Part shown: one piece after another, positions 47,428-57,938 of the stretch
How the letters are laid out: the number at the start of each line of letters is the position of its first letter
How positions within the stretch are numbered: position 1 is the stretch's first letter
Source: an uncultured Nitrospiraceae bacterium
GTDB lineage: Bacteria; Nitrospirota; Thermodesulfovibrionia; Thermodesulfovibrionales; Dissulfurispiraceae
Length of the DNA stretch: 64,000 nt
Assembly: GCA_963705105.1 (NCBI GenBank)
Contig: CAVPIW010000006.1
Span: forward strand, 800,001-864,000
Reading direction: 5' to 3'
Made by a program: the position numbers and the translations under genes
Notes under the pieces: generated by a model
The model's database searches: none
Told to the model about the DNA's origin: nothing
Seen by the model: the letters and a program-made list of their open reading frames with translations, nothing else

Positions 47428-49455
47428 TCAGTTTTCCTTCAATGCGGGAAGACGTACGACAAAGACCGTCCCCCCGGCCTGTTCACCCTGATCCATGACC
47501 GGGCTCCTGAAATCGATGCTCCCGCCGTGGTCTTTCACGATGCCGAAGGTGACCGAAAGGCCGAGGCCCGTCCCCCTGCCGACGCCCTTGGTCGTAAAGA
47601 AGGGGTCGAAAATACGGTCCCTGATGCCGGCGGGGATCCCTTTGCCCGTATCGGTCACCGATATGACCACCTCTCCTGTTGCGGGATCGGTACCGGTTGT
47701 GACCGTGATCCGGCCGTCGCTGCCGATGGCGTCACGGGCGTTGTTGAGGAGATTCATGAAGACCTGTCCCAGCTTCTCCTCGTCACCGTGCACCAGGGGG
47801 ATGCCTTCACCCAAATGCCGTTCGATGACGACATGATCGAGCCGGAAGGTGTGGTCGACGACTCCTATGACCTGGCTGACGATCCCGTTGATGTCCACAG
47901 GTTTCTTGATGCTTTCGCTCTGACGGGAGAAACGGAGCAGGTCGGCGACGATCGTTTTACTCACCCGTGCATACTTCTCGATGTTCCTGAGGTTGTCATA
48001 TGATTCAGTGCCGGGCTGCACGTCCTCGAGGAGGAGCTGGGCATAGCCGAGGATGATGCCGAGGGGCGTGTTGATCTCATGGGCCACGCCGGCTGCCAGC
48101 TGGCCGATGGACTCGAGACGCTGGGAATGGATGACGCGGTCCTCCAGCTCCTTTATCTCCGTGATGTCCCTGCTCGATCCGAGGATCCCCATCACCTCTC
48201 CCTGGGGATCGAAGACAGCCGTCTTGATCACGTCGAACCAGCGCGTCCCCGAACCTCCGTCGTGCCATGCCACCTCTTTCCTCATGCGAATCGTGCCCCG
48301 CGTCGAGACGACTTCGAGATCCTCCCCCCGTGATTCCTCAGCCTGGCCGGCGGGGAAAATATCGTCGTCCCTTTTCCCGAGGATCTCCCCCTCGTCCTTT
48401 CCGACGAAACGGCAGAAGGCCTTGTTCACGGCCTGGTACCGGAAGGACCGGTCCTTCAAGGATACCATATCGGGCGTCACGTCGAGGATCGTCTGGAAAA
48501 GCTGTTTCTGATTGCTGAGACTCTCCTCGGTCCGCTTCAGCTCGGCGAGGCGTTCCTTGAGGGTGAGGGCCATGACGTCGAAGAATTCCGCGAGGTGCTG
48601 CACCTCATCGCCCGCATTCGATTTGTACACATCGCACATTCTGCACTTGTCGATCTTCATGTCGTATTTTCCGCCGGCGCAGGAAGGACAGAGCGTCCCG
48701 ACGAGATACCAGCACCGGTGGTCGTCATTTCCATAGGCGGGGCACTCCGTCTTGTCACAGTGCATCATGTCATAGCAGGTTTTTTTCAGGGGAAGAGACG
48801 TGTGGATGTCGAGATTGCCTTTGATGATCTCCTCCGCGGCATGATGGAGCTGCTGTATCCTGCTCGTGACCGTCTGCGCCAGGAAGGTACTCACGAGGCC
48901 GACGATGAGAACACCGATGACGATCGACCCGACGATCGTCCAGACAAGGCCGGCGACGACGGCGTGGACGCGGGTCAGTGACATCCCGATCCGTGCCGTT
49001 CCGATGCGCGTTTTGCCGATATAAACCGGTGCGGCGATATCGTAGATTTCTTCCGGGCCCGTCGTAATGAGCCTGATGCTGTGGTTTTCCCCGTCACCGA
49101 CAGTGTTGACGCCCAGTAGTTCCGAGGGAAATCCGCCGCTGAAGGTGTGGACGACGGGGTTCCCTCTCTCGTCGAGGAGGAAGGTATAGGAGGTGTCCCT
49201 GTTCGTCTGCACGACCTCATCGACGAGGTTTTTCATGACGAGGAAGTCCATCGTCAGCATCGGTTCGTTCGCCCTGGCGGCGAGGTTGACGGCGCTCGAA
49301 ACGCCCCTCACCTTGTTCTCGGAGACGAGGGCCTGTGAGACGTGGCGGCTGATGACGACAATCAGGCTGATGCCGAGGATGAGAAGGATCGACACGATAC
49401 TGAGGGAGATCTTCGTCCTGAAGCCGAACCTGCGGAAACGCTCCCGTATGTTCAC
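47428..49455 (-). CDS. Membrane histidine kinase (HAMP with Cys-rich insert, PAS, HisKA, HATPase)
   Basis: Two TM helices; AAGVAHEINTPL; NLLNNARDA; DTGKGI; PFFTTK; GTGLGL. Confidence 0.93.
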   Translation of the reverse strand: MNIRERFRRFGFRTKISLSIVSILLILGISLIVVISRHVSQALVSENKVRGVSSAVNLAARANEPMLTMDFLVMKNLVDEVVQTNRDTSYTFLLDERGNPVVHTFSGGFPSELLGVNTVGDGENHSIRLITTGPEEIYDIAAPVYIGKTRIGTARIGMSLTRVHAVVAGLVWTIVGSIVIGVLIVGLVSTFLAQTVTSRIQQLHHAAEEIIKGNLDIHTSLPLKKTCYDMMHCDKTECPAYGNDDHRCWYLVGTLCPSCAGGKYDMKIDKCRMCDVYKSNAGDEVQHLAEFFDVMALTLKERLAELKRTEESLSNQKQLFQTILDVTPDMVSLKDRSFRYQAVNKAFCRFVGKDEGEILGKRDDDIFPAGQAEESRGEDLEVVSTRGTIRMRKEVAWHDGGSGTRWFDVIKTAVFDPQGEVMGILGSSRDITEIKELEDRVIHSQRLESIGQLAAGVAHEINTPLGIILGYAQLLLEDVQPGTESYDNLRNIEKYARVSKTIVADLLRFSRQSESIKKPVDINGIVSQVIGVVDHTFRLDHVVIERHLGEGIPLVHGDEEKLGQVFMNLLNNARDAIGSDGRITVTTGTDPATGEVVISVTDTGKGIPAGIRDRIFDPFFTTKGVGRGTGLGLSVTFGIVKDHGGSIDFRSPVMDQGEQAGGTVFVVRLPALKEN

Positions 49456-49464
49456 ACCGATGTC

Positions 49465-50391
49465 CTAACCTCCCTGATCGATCCCCACCTTCTTCAGGAG
49501 ATCGCGGATGGAGTCGAACTCGCCGTCATGAGAGGGGATGACGGCATTGAACTTTGCTGCGTCGAAAATTCTGCGGTGATCGGTGTTGTTCCGGTCGAGC
49601 TTTAACAAAGCCGTCTTGATCTTTTCGACCACCTTGGGGTCGAGGTCCTTGCGGGCTGCGTAGACCCATCCCGGATACCACCGGGTATGGGCGATGACCC
49701 TGATCTGCTCCACATCGATCTTGTCGGCGACGACGGCCAGCGTTCCCTCGCGCACTGAGCCGATATCGTATTTCCCCGCATACACGGACAGGACGACCTT
49801 TTCCGATTTTCCTCCCGGGCCCTGCGCAAAGGCGATCTCGGCGAAGTCCTCCTTCCGGAGACCATGGTCGTAGAAATGTCCGAGGGCGAACATGTATCCC
49901 CCCGCCGATGCAGGATCGACGGCAATCCACCGCTTTCCCCTGCAATCTTCGATGATCCTGATCTCCCGATTGTCCTTGCGGCAGATGATCTGGCCCCTGA
50001 ACTCGGCCTTGCCGTCCGGTTCGACGGTCCGAGCAAAGGCCCGCGCTCCGGAGCGCTGGGCCATTCTTACATACGCGACGGGATTCGAAAAGGATATGTC
50101 GATCTTTCCCTGCCCGACCAGCCTCATGTGTTCATCAAACGTGTCGGGAAAGACCTGCTCGACGGGAAGGCCCGTCTCTTTCTTCAGATATTCGATGAGC
50201 GGGTGGTGACGCTCGAATGAGGTTCTGTGGGCATACTGGGGAAGATAGGCATACGTGATGACATTCTCCTCTTTTCTCACGGCGATGTCGCTCCGTTTCG
50301 AGAGGTCAACGGGAACCGGCGCTTCCTCCCTCGTGCAGGAAAGAAAGAGCAGACATGAGATCACAACGGCAAGGATTCTAACGACCATCAT
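49465..50391 (-). CDS. PhnD-like phosphate/phosphonate-binding lipoprotein
   Basis: Lipobox LSC; PLIEYL..TG; DPASAGGY; G.YD.G.VREG. Confidence 0.85.
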   Translation of the reverse strand: MMVVRILAVVISCLLFLSCTREEAPVPVDLSKRSDIAVRKEENVITYAYLPQYAHRTSFERHHPLIEYLKKETGLPVEQVFPDTFDEHMRLVGQGKIDISFSNPVAYVRMAQRSGARAFARTVEPDGKAEFRGQIICRKDNREIRIIEDCRGKRWIAVDPASAGGYMFALGHFYDHGLRKEDFAEIAFAQGPGGKSEKVVLSVYAGKYDIGSVREGTLAVVADKIDVEQIRVIAHTRWYPGWVYAARKDLDPKVVEKIKTALLKLDRNNTDHRRIFDAAKFNAVIPSHDGEFDSIRDLLKKVGIDQGG

Positions 50392-50400
50392 CGGCCGCCC

Positions 50401-52320
50401 TCATTTCTTCAGCTCGTCGGCGATCTCCGCGATATACCGGGACGTCCTCGCCATCATCGTCTCGCCGAAACGCATGCGGAAAGCCGCCGAAGAGAGATAG
50501 AGCCTCTCCTTCGCTCTCGTCACGGCCACATAGAAGAGGCGCCGCTCCTCCTCCAGTGCGAACTCATTGCGGAGGGCCCGGGCCGACGGGAAGATCTCCT
50601 CCTCCAGTGCGACGACGAAGACGACGGGAAACTCGAGGCCCTTGGCGGCATGGATCGTCATCACCTTCACCGAGTCGGCGTCTCCCATGCGGTCCTGGTC
50701 GTGGGTCAGGACACTGTCCTCGAGAAAAGACGAGAAGGTCTTTGCCTCCATCTCGATGGTCTTAAGCACGTTCGCCAGCTCGGAGATGTTTCCCTTTCTG
50801 TCATCGGCATCGTCGCGGTAATGATCCTCCAGATAATCGTCGTACCGGACCTTTTTCATAACCTCCATAAGAGCACTATAGGGCCTGTCCTCGACGATCT
50901 CCCGGGTCTTTTCGATGACGGCGATGAGCGCGTCCGCCGCGCTCCGCTGTTTCGCCGACAGCTTCGTGTCCTTCAAAGCCTGAGTCCAGCCCGTGTCATA
51001 ACTGTCCCTGATCTTCTGCACGGTCTTCGGGCCGAAGGAACGGGGCGGCGTATTGATAACCCTTTCGAAGGCGGCCTTGTCCCGGTCGTTGACCATGAGG
51101 CGCAGGTAGCAGAGCATGTCCTTGACCTCGGCGCGCTCGTAAAAGGCCGCACCCCCGACGATCTCATGGGGGATGCCCGCCGCCATGAAGGTGTGCTCAA
51201 ACCCTCTCGACACGAACGTCATCCTCATGAGCACAGCCATGTCGCCATAGCGGTACCCTGCGCGGTTGAGCATCCTGACCATGTCTGCCACATGCATGCA
51301 CTCGTCGGCATGGTCCGAGCAGCGCCTGTACCGGACCTCGCCCTCGTCTTTCCGGTCCGGTGACAGTTCGAGCACCCTGCCCTCCCACATGCGGTCCGCC
51401 CTGGCGATGATCCTGTTCGCCACGTCGAGGATCTTTTTCGTCGACCGGTAGTTCACCTCGAGTTTCCGCTCCGATGCGCCGAAGTCGCGGGAAAAGTCGA
51501 TGATGTTGAGCGGATGGGCGCCTCTCCACGTGTAGATGCACTGCTGGGGGTCGCCGACGACGCAGACATTGCCCCTGTCGCCGGCGAGGAGGTTCACGAG
51601 AAGGTACTGTATCTTGTTTGTGTCCTGGTACTCGTCGACGAGGATGTACTCGAAGCGGTCCTGCCAGCGTTTCCTGAAAAGCGGCTTCTTTGACAGGAGA
51701 TCGACGGTATTGTAGATGAGATCGTCGAAGTCCATGGCGTTGCTTCGTTCCAGGGCCTGCTGATAGAGTTCTGCGACGGGCGCAAAGCGGGAGTCCGGAA
51801 AGGAGAGCCGCCTGATTGCGTCGACGATGTTTTCCCTGTACGCCTGTTTCGCCCGCGAGATGACCGACCGGGCCGCGTCGGCCTCCTTGACGTCCATGCC
51901 GTACCCCTTGAGTATTTCCTTCAGAAGCTTCTGGGCATCCGCCTCATCGTAGATGAGGAATGACCGGTCATAGGTCTTATCGAGGCCCCGGATGCTCTCG
52001 CGAAGGACCCTGACACAAAAGGAGTGGAAAGTCGAGATCCACGGGGGCCGTAGCGACAGAAGGCGCTCGACGCGCTCCTGCATCTCCCGGGCCGCTTTCT
52101 TCGTGAAGGTTATGGCGAGGATCCTGTCCGGTCTCACTCCCTTTTCGCTGACCAGATAGGCGATCTTGTGGGTGATGACCTTCGTCTTGCCCGAACCGGC
52201 GCCCGCGAGAACGAGCAGGGGGGAGCCGAAGTGCTTGACGGCCTCGCGCTGCTGGGGATTGAGGCCCTCCAGGACGGACGCCGCGGTATTTAAAGAACGA
52301 TCTTTATTGTGTCGCTGCAT
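50401..52320 (-). CDS. UvrD/PcrA-family DNA helicase
   Basis: LNPQQ..AGAGSGKT; DEYQDTN; VGDPQQ.IY.WRGA; TIHAAKGLEF; EERRLFYVAVTRA. Confidence 0.93.
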   Translation of the reverse strand: MQRHNKDRSLNTAASVLEGLNPQQREAVKHFGSPLLVLAGAGSGKTKVITHKIAYLVSEKGVRPDRILAITFTKKAAREMQERVERLLSLRPPWISTFHSFCVRVLRESIRGLDKTYDRSFLIYDEADAQKLLKEILKGYGMDVKEADAARSVISRAKQAYRENIVDAIRRLSFPDSRFAPVAELYQQALERSNAMDFDDLIYNTVDLLSKKPLFRKRWQDRFEYILVDEYQDTNKIQYLLVNLLAGDRGNVCVVGDPQQCIYTWRGAHPLNIIDFSRDFGASERKLEVNYRSTKKILDVANRIIARADRMWEGRVLELSPDRKDEGEVRYRRCSDHADECMHVADMVRMLNRAGYRYGDMAVLMRMTFVSRGFEHTFMAAGIPHEIVGGAAFYERAEVKDMLCYLRLMVNDRDKAAFERVINTPPRSFGPKTVQKIRDSYDTGWTQALKDTKLSAKQRSAADALIAVIEKTREIVEDRPYSALMEVMKKVRYDDYLEDHYRDDADDRKGNISELANVLKTIEMEAKTFSSFLEDSVLTHDQDRMGDADSVKVMTIHAAKGLEFPVVFVVALEEEIFPSARALRNEFALEEERRLFYVAVTRAKERLYLSSAAFRMRFGETMMARTSRYIAEIADELKK

Positions 52321-52437
52321 AAAAAGTGGGGGAACTCGCCTCGAGTCCTGCTGAATGCGATATTGTTCATTGCAGGGTCTGCTCCCCGGGCAGACCGTCT
52401 TCCATGTGCCGGGCCCTTCGGGGAGCGGCCCCTGCAT
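52310..52437 (-). repeat. Repeat family R1 partial copy with REP-like hairpins
   Basis: Reverse complement matches 60170-60295. Confidence 0.8.
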
Positions 52438-52458
52438 TGCGACGATTGTTTGTGTCCC

Positions 52459-53028
52459 TTAGAGCAGTCGATATGGGTACGCCCTCTTTGCCCATTCGCT
52501 CTCGGGGTATTCCGCCTGCAGCTTTTCGTAGGCCTCCTTGAGCGGTTTGGGGTTGTGGGTGCTCTTGTACAGGCATACACCCCGGAGGAAGATCGCCTCA
52601 GACGCCGATCCGCTCCGCGCATAAGCAGTCATTATTCTTTCGAGGAGGCCCATGGCGTCGTCAAAGAGGTCCTGGTCGAATTTCACCTTTGCCATGCTGA
52701 GAAGCAAAGAAGGGATCAGGTCCTCGGGGGACAGAAAACCGACCGTCCTGTGATGCTCCTTGCCCTCCCCGTCGAGAGTGACGAGTGTCGGCGTCCACTT
52801 AACCTGAAAGTCCGCAGCCAGAGGCTTTGCGTCGAAGCTGACCCTGAGGGGGACCAGGTTTTCATTCATGAAGCTGATGACCTTGCCGTCGGGATACGTG
52901 ACCGCATCCATCTGCTGGCAGCCAATTCATCCGGGGTTGAAAAAATCGAGAAGGACAGGCTTTTTCTCTGTCTTCGCCCTCGCAAGAGCGGCTTCCATCG
53001 ACGTCTCCCAGGCGATCCCGTTACCCAT
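52459..53028 (-). CDS. Thioredoxin-fold protein with helical (TPR-like) C-terminus, putative selenoprotein (U34-x-x-C)
   Basis: GGAGG RBS; LDFFNPG-TGA(52927-29)-IGCQQM in frame with ORF 52459-52911; WTPT cis-Pro motif. Confidence 0.88.
52892..52909 (-). promoter_or_regulatory. SECIS-like hairpin
   Basis: GGAUGCG-GUCA-CGUAUCC, 17 nt after the UGA, loop starts with G. Confidence 0.7.
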
Positions 53029-53136
53029 GACACACCTCCCGTGGTGATATAGGAACTCTAAATACAATACAACTTTACCACAGGGCAGGCTACCCTTGTC
53101 CAAAAGGGCTCTTAAAAACGGGGATTAAGAACGGGA

Positions 53137-54666
53137 TTACGCCTCTGTGTGGAGCCTGTTCCGGACGACCTCTGCGACGCGGCGGAAGTCGATCTTGCCG
53201 CTGCCCATCTTGGGGAGGTCCTCGATGACAATCATTTTCTTCGGGAGGGCGATGTTGGGGAGTTGCTCGGCCATCCTCCTGAGGGTGTCGGTCTCATCAA
53301 CCTTTTCGGTAACGGCGGCCACGATGCGGGACCCCTTCAGGTGATCAGGCACCTCGACGATGCAGCATGAAACATGCTCGGGGATCACCTGTTCGAGCAC
53401 ATTCTCCACTTTGACAAGGGAGACCATCTCGCCGCCGATCTTGGCGAACCTCTTGAGCCTGCCGGCGTGCCAGAGATACCCGTCACCGTCGAGGTATCCC
53501 ATATCACCGGTATCGTACCAGCCGTGGCGGATGCGCATTGAGGTCTCCTCGATATCGCCGTAATACCCCTTCATGACGAGGTCGCCGCTGACTATAATCC
53601 TGCCCGTCTCACCGGGACCACAGTCTTTGCCGGTATCGTAGTTCTCGATCCTCACCCGGACGCCGGGGAGCACCTTCCCCACGCTTCCCGGCCTGTTGTT
53701 TTCGGGCATGTTCACCGAGATGACGGGGGACGTTTCCGTTGCACCGTATCCTTCGAGGAGAACGGCGCCGTGCTTTTCGAGGAACTGCTGCCTCAGCGCA
53801 TCAGGGCATTTGTCGGCGCCGCAGACTATGAGGCGGAGGCTCCTGAAATCGCCCTTCTCGGATTTCCGGAGATACCCCCAGAAGAAGCTCGGCGTGCCGA
53901 CCATGAGTGTCGGCTTTTCCTCCCTGACGATCGTGCAGACGGCCCGGTAATCGAGGGGATTGGCATAGGGGATGATGGTCATGCCGTGATACAGGGGCAT
54001 CCAGAGCGTGACGGTCAACCCGAAGACGTGGAAGTAAGGGAGGTTGGCCAGCACGCTGTCCCTGTCGGTGAGTCCGGCGACGGCGCTGAAACTCTCGATG
54101 TTCGACCAGATGTTCCGGTGCGCAAGCTGGACAGCCTTGGGGTCCTTCTCGCTGCCGCTCGTGAAGAGGATGACGCAGGTGTCGTCCTCATGTCCCCCGT
54201 GGACGGTCCGTGAGAGAAGCGCAAGGGGGAGCTGAGACATTACCTTCGCCTTCAGCTTATCGGCAATGCTGACCTTGTCGAAGATGTCCTCGATGAAGAT
54301 CATGCCGTCCACAATAGGACAATTGATCTTCTCCAGGAGGGCCTTCGACGTGATGATCGTCCTGAACCCGCACTTTTTCTGGGCGTACAGGGCATTGTTC
54401 GCGGCCCCCGTCGAATAGTTGATCATAACGGGAGTCCTGCCGCTCATGAGGGCGCCGAGTATTGTGAGGGCGCAGCCCGCCGATGTGGGGACCATGACAC
54501 CGATAAATCCCCTGTCGTAGCTCTTCATCTTCTCCGACAGGATGAGAGATGCGATGAGGGCCTTGTTGTATGTGATCTTCTTGTCTGTATTCCGGTCGAC
54601 AAAGGCCGTCTTGGTCCCGAATTTCTTTGCCACCTGGAGAAAACGCTGATGCAGGATCCTCATCAT
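53137..54666 (-). CDS. AMP-binding acyl-ACP synthetase (Aas synthetase domain)
   Basis: FTSGSEKDPK, EGYGATETSP, WYDTGD, GRLKRFAKIGGEMVSL, GSGKIDF. Confidence 0.9.
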   Translation of the reverse strand: MMRILHQRFLQVAKKFGTKTAFVDRNTDKKITYNKALIASLILSEKMKSYDRGFIGVMVPTSAGCALTILGALMSGRTPVMINYSTGAANNALYAQKKCGFRTIITSKALLEKINCPIVDGMIFIEDIFDKVSIADKLKAKVMSQLPLALLSRTVHGGHEDDTCVILFTSGSEKDPKAVQLAHRNIWSNIESFSAVAGLTDRDSVLANLPYFHVFGLTVTLWMPLYHGMTIIPYANPLDYRAVCTIVREEKPTLMVGTPSFFWGYLRKSEKGDFRSLRLIVCGADKCPDALRQQFLEKHGAVLLEGYGATETSPVISVNMPENNRPGSVGKVLPGVRVRIENYDTGKDCGPGETGRIIVSGDLVMKGYYGDIEETSMRIRHGWYDTGDMGYLDGDGYLWHAGRLKRFAKIGGEMVSLVKVENVLEQVIPEHVSCCIVEVPDHLKGSRIVAAVTEKVDETDTLRRMAEQLPNIALPKKMIVIEDLPKMGSGKIDFRRVAEVVRNRLHTEA

Positions 54667-54730
54667 TCGACCGTCCTCAGGATATCGTCCACCCCGCCTG
54701 TGAGGAACTTAAACCTACGGCGAAACTCTG

Positions 54731-54938
54731 AAAACGAGGATAGGGCTTGGTTTCTGATGCAAAATTCACGGGTAATGTTCACGGCGGCGGGAGTCGAAGG
54801 CGGAAGCCAAAGCGGGAGCCGCACAGTGAAATTGCCAGAACGTATATCTTCACAAAAAGACATGCACAAGAACAGAGGTAGTTTATTTTGCGAAGAAATC
54901 ATGCCCTATCCTCGTGTCACATTATTTTGATACCAGTG
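54731..54938. repeat. Repeat family R2, second copy
   Basis: Colinear with 37537-37746. Confidence 0.8.
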
Positions 54939-54983
54939 ACCTCGAACCGTTCAAAACGATACTCCCCTCGCCCTTCCCCGAAC

Positions 54984-56339
54984 CTAAAAATGAAGGACCA
55001 CCTGCGCGCTAAAGATATTCACGTTGGCGTCGTACGTGCCTTTCAGGCCGCCGCGGACGGCGTCCTCACCGACAGGCGACTTGTCGATGTTCGGATCGTC
55101 CACGAAAATATGCACATAACCGACGTCGACGGAGAACATCTTGGATATCTTGTATCCTACGCCGAAGGCCAGCCAGAAGCGGTCCTCGTCGGGTATGCGG
55201 GGCGTCCGCCGTTGTTCATCGGGAACGGGTGTCTCATCGTAGGCGATACCTCCCCTGAGGGTCCACGCCGGCGTCGGCATATAGGTGACGCCGAGGGAAT
55301 AGCGGAAGCTGTCGTCCCAGTCCGTCGTCACGACGGAGTCGGGCTGGCGAGGATTATCGAAGCGGACCCTCAGTTCGTTGAAAACACTCCAGTTCGTCCA
55401 GGTGATGTCCGCCATGATCTTCCATTGCGGGTTGAACTGATGGAAGAAATTCAGCGAGACCGTATCGGGAGTGGTCAGCTTCGCAAACGCGTCCGTGTCT
55501 CTGAAGACCGGCACGGGGGCGAGTCCCGCGGGCACGCCCGAGAAATCGGCCGTTCCGGCAAGGGTGTGATGGATCTGCGAGCGATAGGCAAGACCGGCGC
55601 GGGTGTCAGGCGTGAATTCGACGAGCAGGCCGAGATTGAATCCCACGTCCCAGTCATCTCCTTTCAAGTCGACGAAACCGTCGGCTCCCTGAGGCGTCAG
55701 CCCGAGCGCCCCCGGAGGGAGTCCAAGGGCGCCGATTGCGTCGAGGGTGCCGAAATCGATAGAGTTAGTCAGTTCGGCTTCGGCGTATTCGAAGCTGACC
55801 CCGCCGCCTATGCTGAGATGCTGATTGATCCTGTATGCGATGGAGGGGTTGATGTTCACTGTGAGAAGCTTCGACTTGACGGCATGGTAACGTCCCACCC
55901 AGGAACTGTCGTATTCCGTGGCGAGACCGTACGGGGCGCTCACACCGAGGCCGAGATAGAGGTCCTTCGCCACCTTGCCGCTGACGTAAAAGTTCGGGAC
56001 GATCCTCGTCTCTCCGCCGTCTCCGCCGCCGCCCCCGAGGAGAGGCACACCCGTTCTGGGCTGGAGGAGATGCGTCGAACCCTCGTTCTCGAATTTCGCC
56101 GACGGGATGATCACGTGGGCGCCGAGAATGGCCTGATTGCCGGGCAGTTTGGTCAGACCGGCAGGGTTGAAGAAGATCGTCGACGCGTCGTCGGCTCCGG
56201 CACCACCCGCATAAGCGTTTCCGAGGCCGCTCACGCTCTGCTCGATAATGGCGAACCCGGAGCCGAAGGCGTCCCTGCCGGCAAGCAGGGAGAGAAACAT
56301 GACACACAAAATAATCGCAAATCCGGTTCCTTTTCTCAT
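54984..56339 (-). CDS. fadL: FadL/OmpP1 outer membrane long-chain fatty acid transporter
   Basis: SGF...EQSVSGLGNAYAG..DDAST.FFNPAG; RTPRIPD.DR; terminal Phe. Confidence 0.9.
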   Translation of the reverse strand: MRKGTGFAIILCVMFLSLLAGRDAFGSGFAIIEQSVSGLGNAYAGGAGADDASTIFFNPAGLTKLPGNQAILGAHVIIPSAKFENEGSTHLLQPRTGVPLLGGGGGDGGETRIVPNFYVSGKVAKDLYLGLGVSAPYGLATEYDSSWVGRYHAVKSKLLTVNINPSIAYRINQHLSIGGGVSFEYAEAELTNSIDFGTLDAIGALGLPPGALGLTPQGADGFVDLKGDDWDVGFNLGLLVEFTPDTRAGLAYRSQIHHTLAGTADFSGVPAGLAPVPVFRDTDAFAKLTTPDTVSLNFFHQFNPQWKIMADITWTNWSVFNELRVRFDNPRQPDSVVTTDWDDSFRYSLGVTYMPTPAWTLRGGIAYDETPVPDEQRRTPRIPDEDRFWLAFGVGYKISKMFSVDVGYVHIFVDDPNIDKSPVGEDAVRGGLKGTYDANVNIFSAQVVLHF

Positions 56340-56626
56340 GGCCAATCCCCCATTCCTCAGTATTGTATGACGATTTTTTTCGGCGATTTCAAAGGGTCTT
56401 CCCAAATTGTCAGATTAGCATACATGCCGTCCGTGCCAAAGTCAATATGATATTGTTGCTATACCATACGATACTATTGCTGCCGGGACAAAGCGGAGAG
56501 CGGGCCCTTAAATCGCCCGGGAAAGTTGCTCTACTGCGTGCAGAAATTCATATCTTCGCAGAGAACATGCCCCCATATGCGCCCGACCGAAAGGCGGGGC
56601 GAAGATGCCGCTGTAAAAGTAACTAA

Positions 56627-57938
56627 GGTTCTTCCGGTTTAAGCGTACTTGACTAAAAAAATGCGACATGTTGTTACTCTAAGAGATTCCGACCAAGGAT
56701 TCTCAGAAGGAGGCAACAACATGTCGACAAGCTTATTGTATCACGCATTTGGTATACGAGGATACCGGTATCAATCGACCAGCTATCAGGAAGGGGCGGT
56801 TATTTTCACGATCACACAAGATCGATTGACCCTGCGGTGCCCTGAGTGCAATGGGCGGGATATCGTCTGTAAGGGAGTCACTGTGCGAGAGCTGCGGACG
56901 GTGCCGATCGGTGGCAAGAGAGCGTTTGTGCGTATTGCCGTGCAGAGGGTATGGTGCCTGGTGTGCGCTGTGGTGCGTCAGGTGAGACTGAAGTTTGCCG
57001 AGGACCGAGTCCGCTATACGAGGGCCTTTGAACGGTATGCATTGGAGCTTTCCCGGCGCATGACGATCCAGGACGTTGCGCGACATGTGGGCGTCAGCTG
57101 GGACGTGATCAAAGACATCCAGAAGCGGTCCCTCCACAGGAAGTTCTCCCGGCCGAAACTGGGTCATCTGAGGCGCCTCGCCATCGACGAGATTTCCATC
57201 GGCAAAGGGCACAGGTATGTGACGGTCGTCTTGGATCTTGATAGTGGAGCTGTGGTCCATGTTGGCGACGGCAAGGGGACTGATGCGTTGAAGCCTTTCT
57301 GGAGAAGGCTGTTGCGCTCGGGCGCCACAATACAGGCCGTGGCGATCGACATGTCCCCTGCATACATCGCTGCTGTGTCTGACAACGTGCCGGAGGCAGC
57401 CATTGTCTTTGACCGTTTTCATATCGTCAAGTTGTTCAACGACAAGCTCTCCGATTATCGTCGTGACCTGTACCATAAGCTCACCAGCCAGTCAGACAGG
57501 ATTGTGCTGAAGGGGACCCGCTGGCTCCTGCTGAAGAACCCCGAAAACCTCGACGCAGAAAAGAACGAACAGCAAAGGCTTCAGGAAGCATTGCAGATGA
57601 ACGCCCCTCTGGCAACGGTCTATTACATGAAAGAAGACTTGCGAACGCTTTGGAACTACCCGGGCAAAGGATCGGCAGAGCGCTTTCTGGATGACTGGAT
57701 TGCGCGGGCCAAGGCATCAGGAATACGGATGCTGCAGTCATTTGCGGAGACGCTCCATGCCCATCGCTGGGGGATTCTGGCATGGTATGATCATCCCATT
57801 TCAACTGGCCCTCTGGAGGGCACAAACAACAAGATTGTGACAATGAAAAGACAGGCATACGGCTTCAGAGATATCGAGTTCTTCAAACTTAAGATCATGG
57901 CTCTTCATCAGTCAAAGTACGCTCTTGTCGGATGAACC
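56627..57938 (+). mobile_element. ISL3-family insertion sequence (1312 bp)
   Basis: TIR ggttcttccggtttaagcgtact / agtacgctcttgtcggatgaacc; 8-bp target duplication GTAACTAA (56619-26, 57939-46). Confidence 0.93.
56721..57935 (+). CDS. ISL3 transposase
   Basis: CPEC/C..C zinc finger, AIDE, IDMSPAY, FDRFH, EGTNNKI..KRQAYGFR. Confidence 0.95.
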   Translation: MSTSLLYHAFGIRGYRYQSTSYQEGAVIFTITQDRLTLRCPECNGRDIVCKGVTVRELRTVPIGGKRAFVRIAVQRVWCLVCAVVRQVRLKFAEDRVRYTRAFERYALELSRRMTIQDVARHVGVSWDVIKDIQKRSLHRKFSRPKLGHLRRLAIDEISIGKGHRYVTVVLDLDSGAVVHVGDGKGTDALKPFWRRLLRSGATIQAVAIDMSPAYIAAVSDNVPEAAIVFDRFHIVKLFNDKLSDYRRDLYHKLTSQSDRIVLKGTRWLLLKNPENLDAEKNEQQRLQEALQMNAPLATVYYMKEDLRTLWNYPGKGSAERFLDDWIARAKASGIRMLQSFAETLHAHRWGILAWYDHPISTGPLEGTNNKIVTMKRQAYGFRDIEFFKLKIMALHQSKYALVG

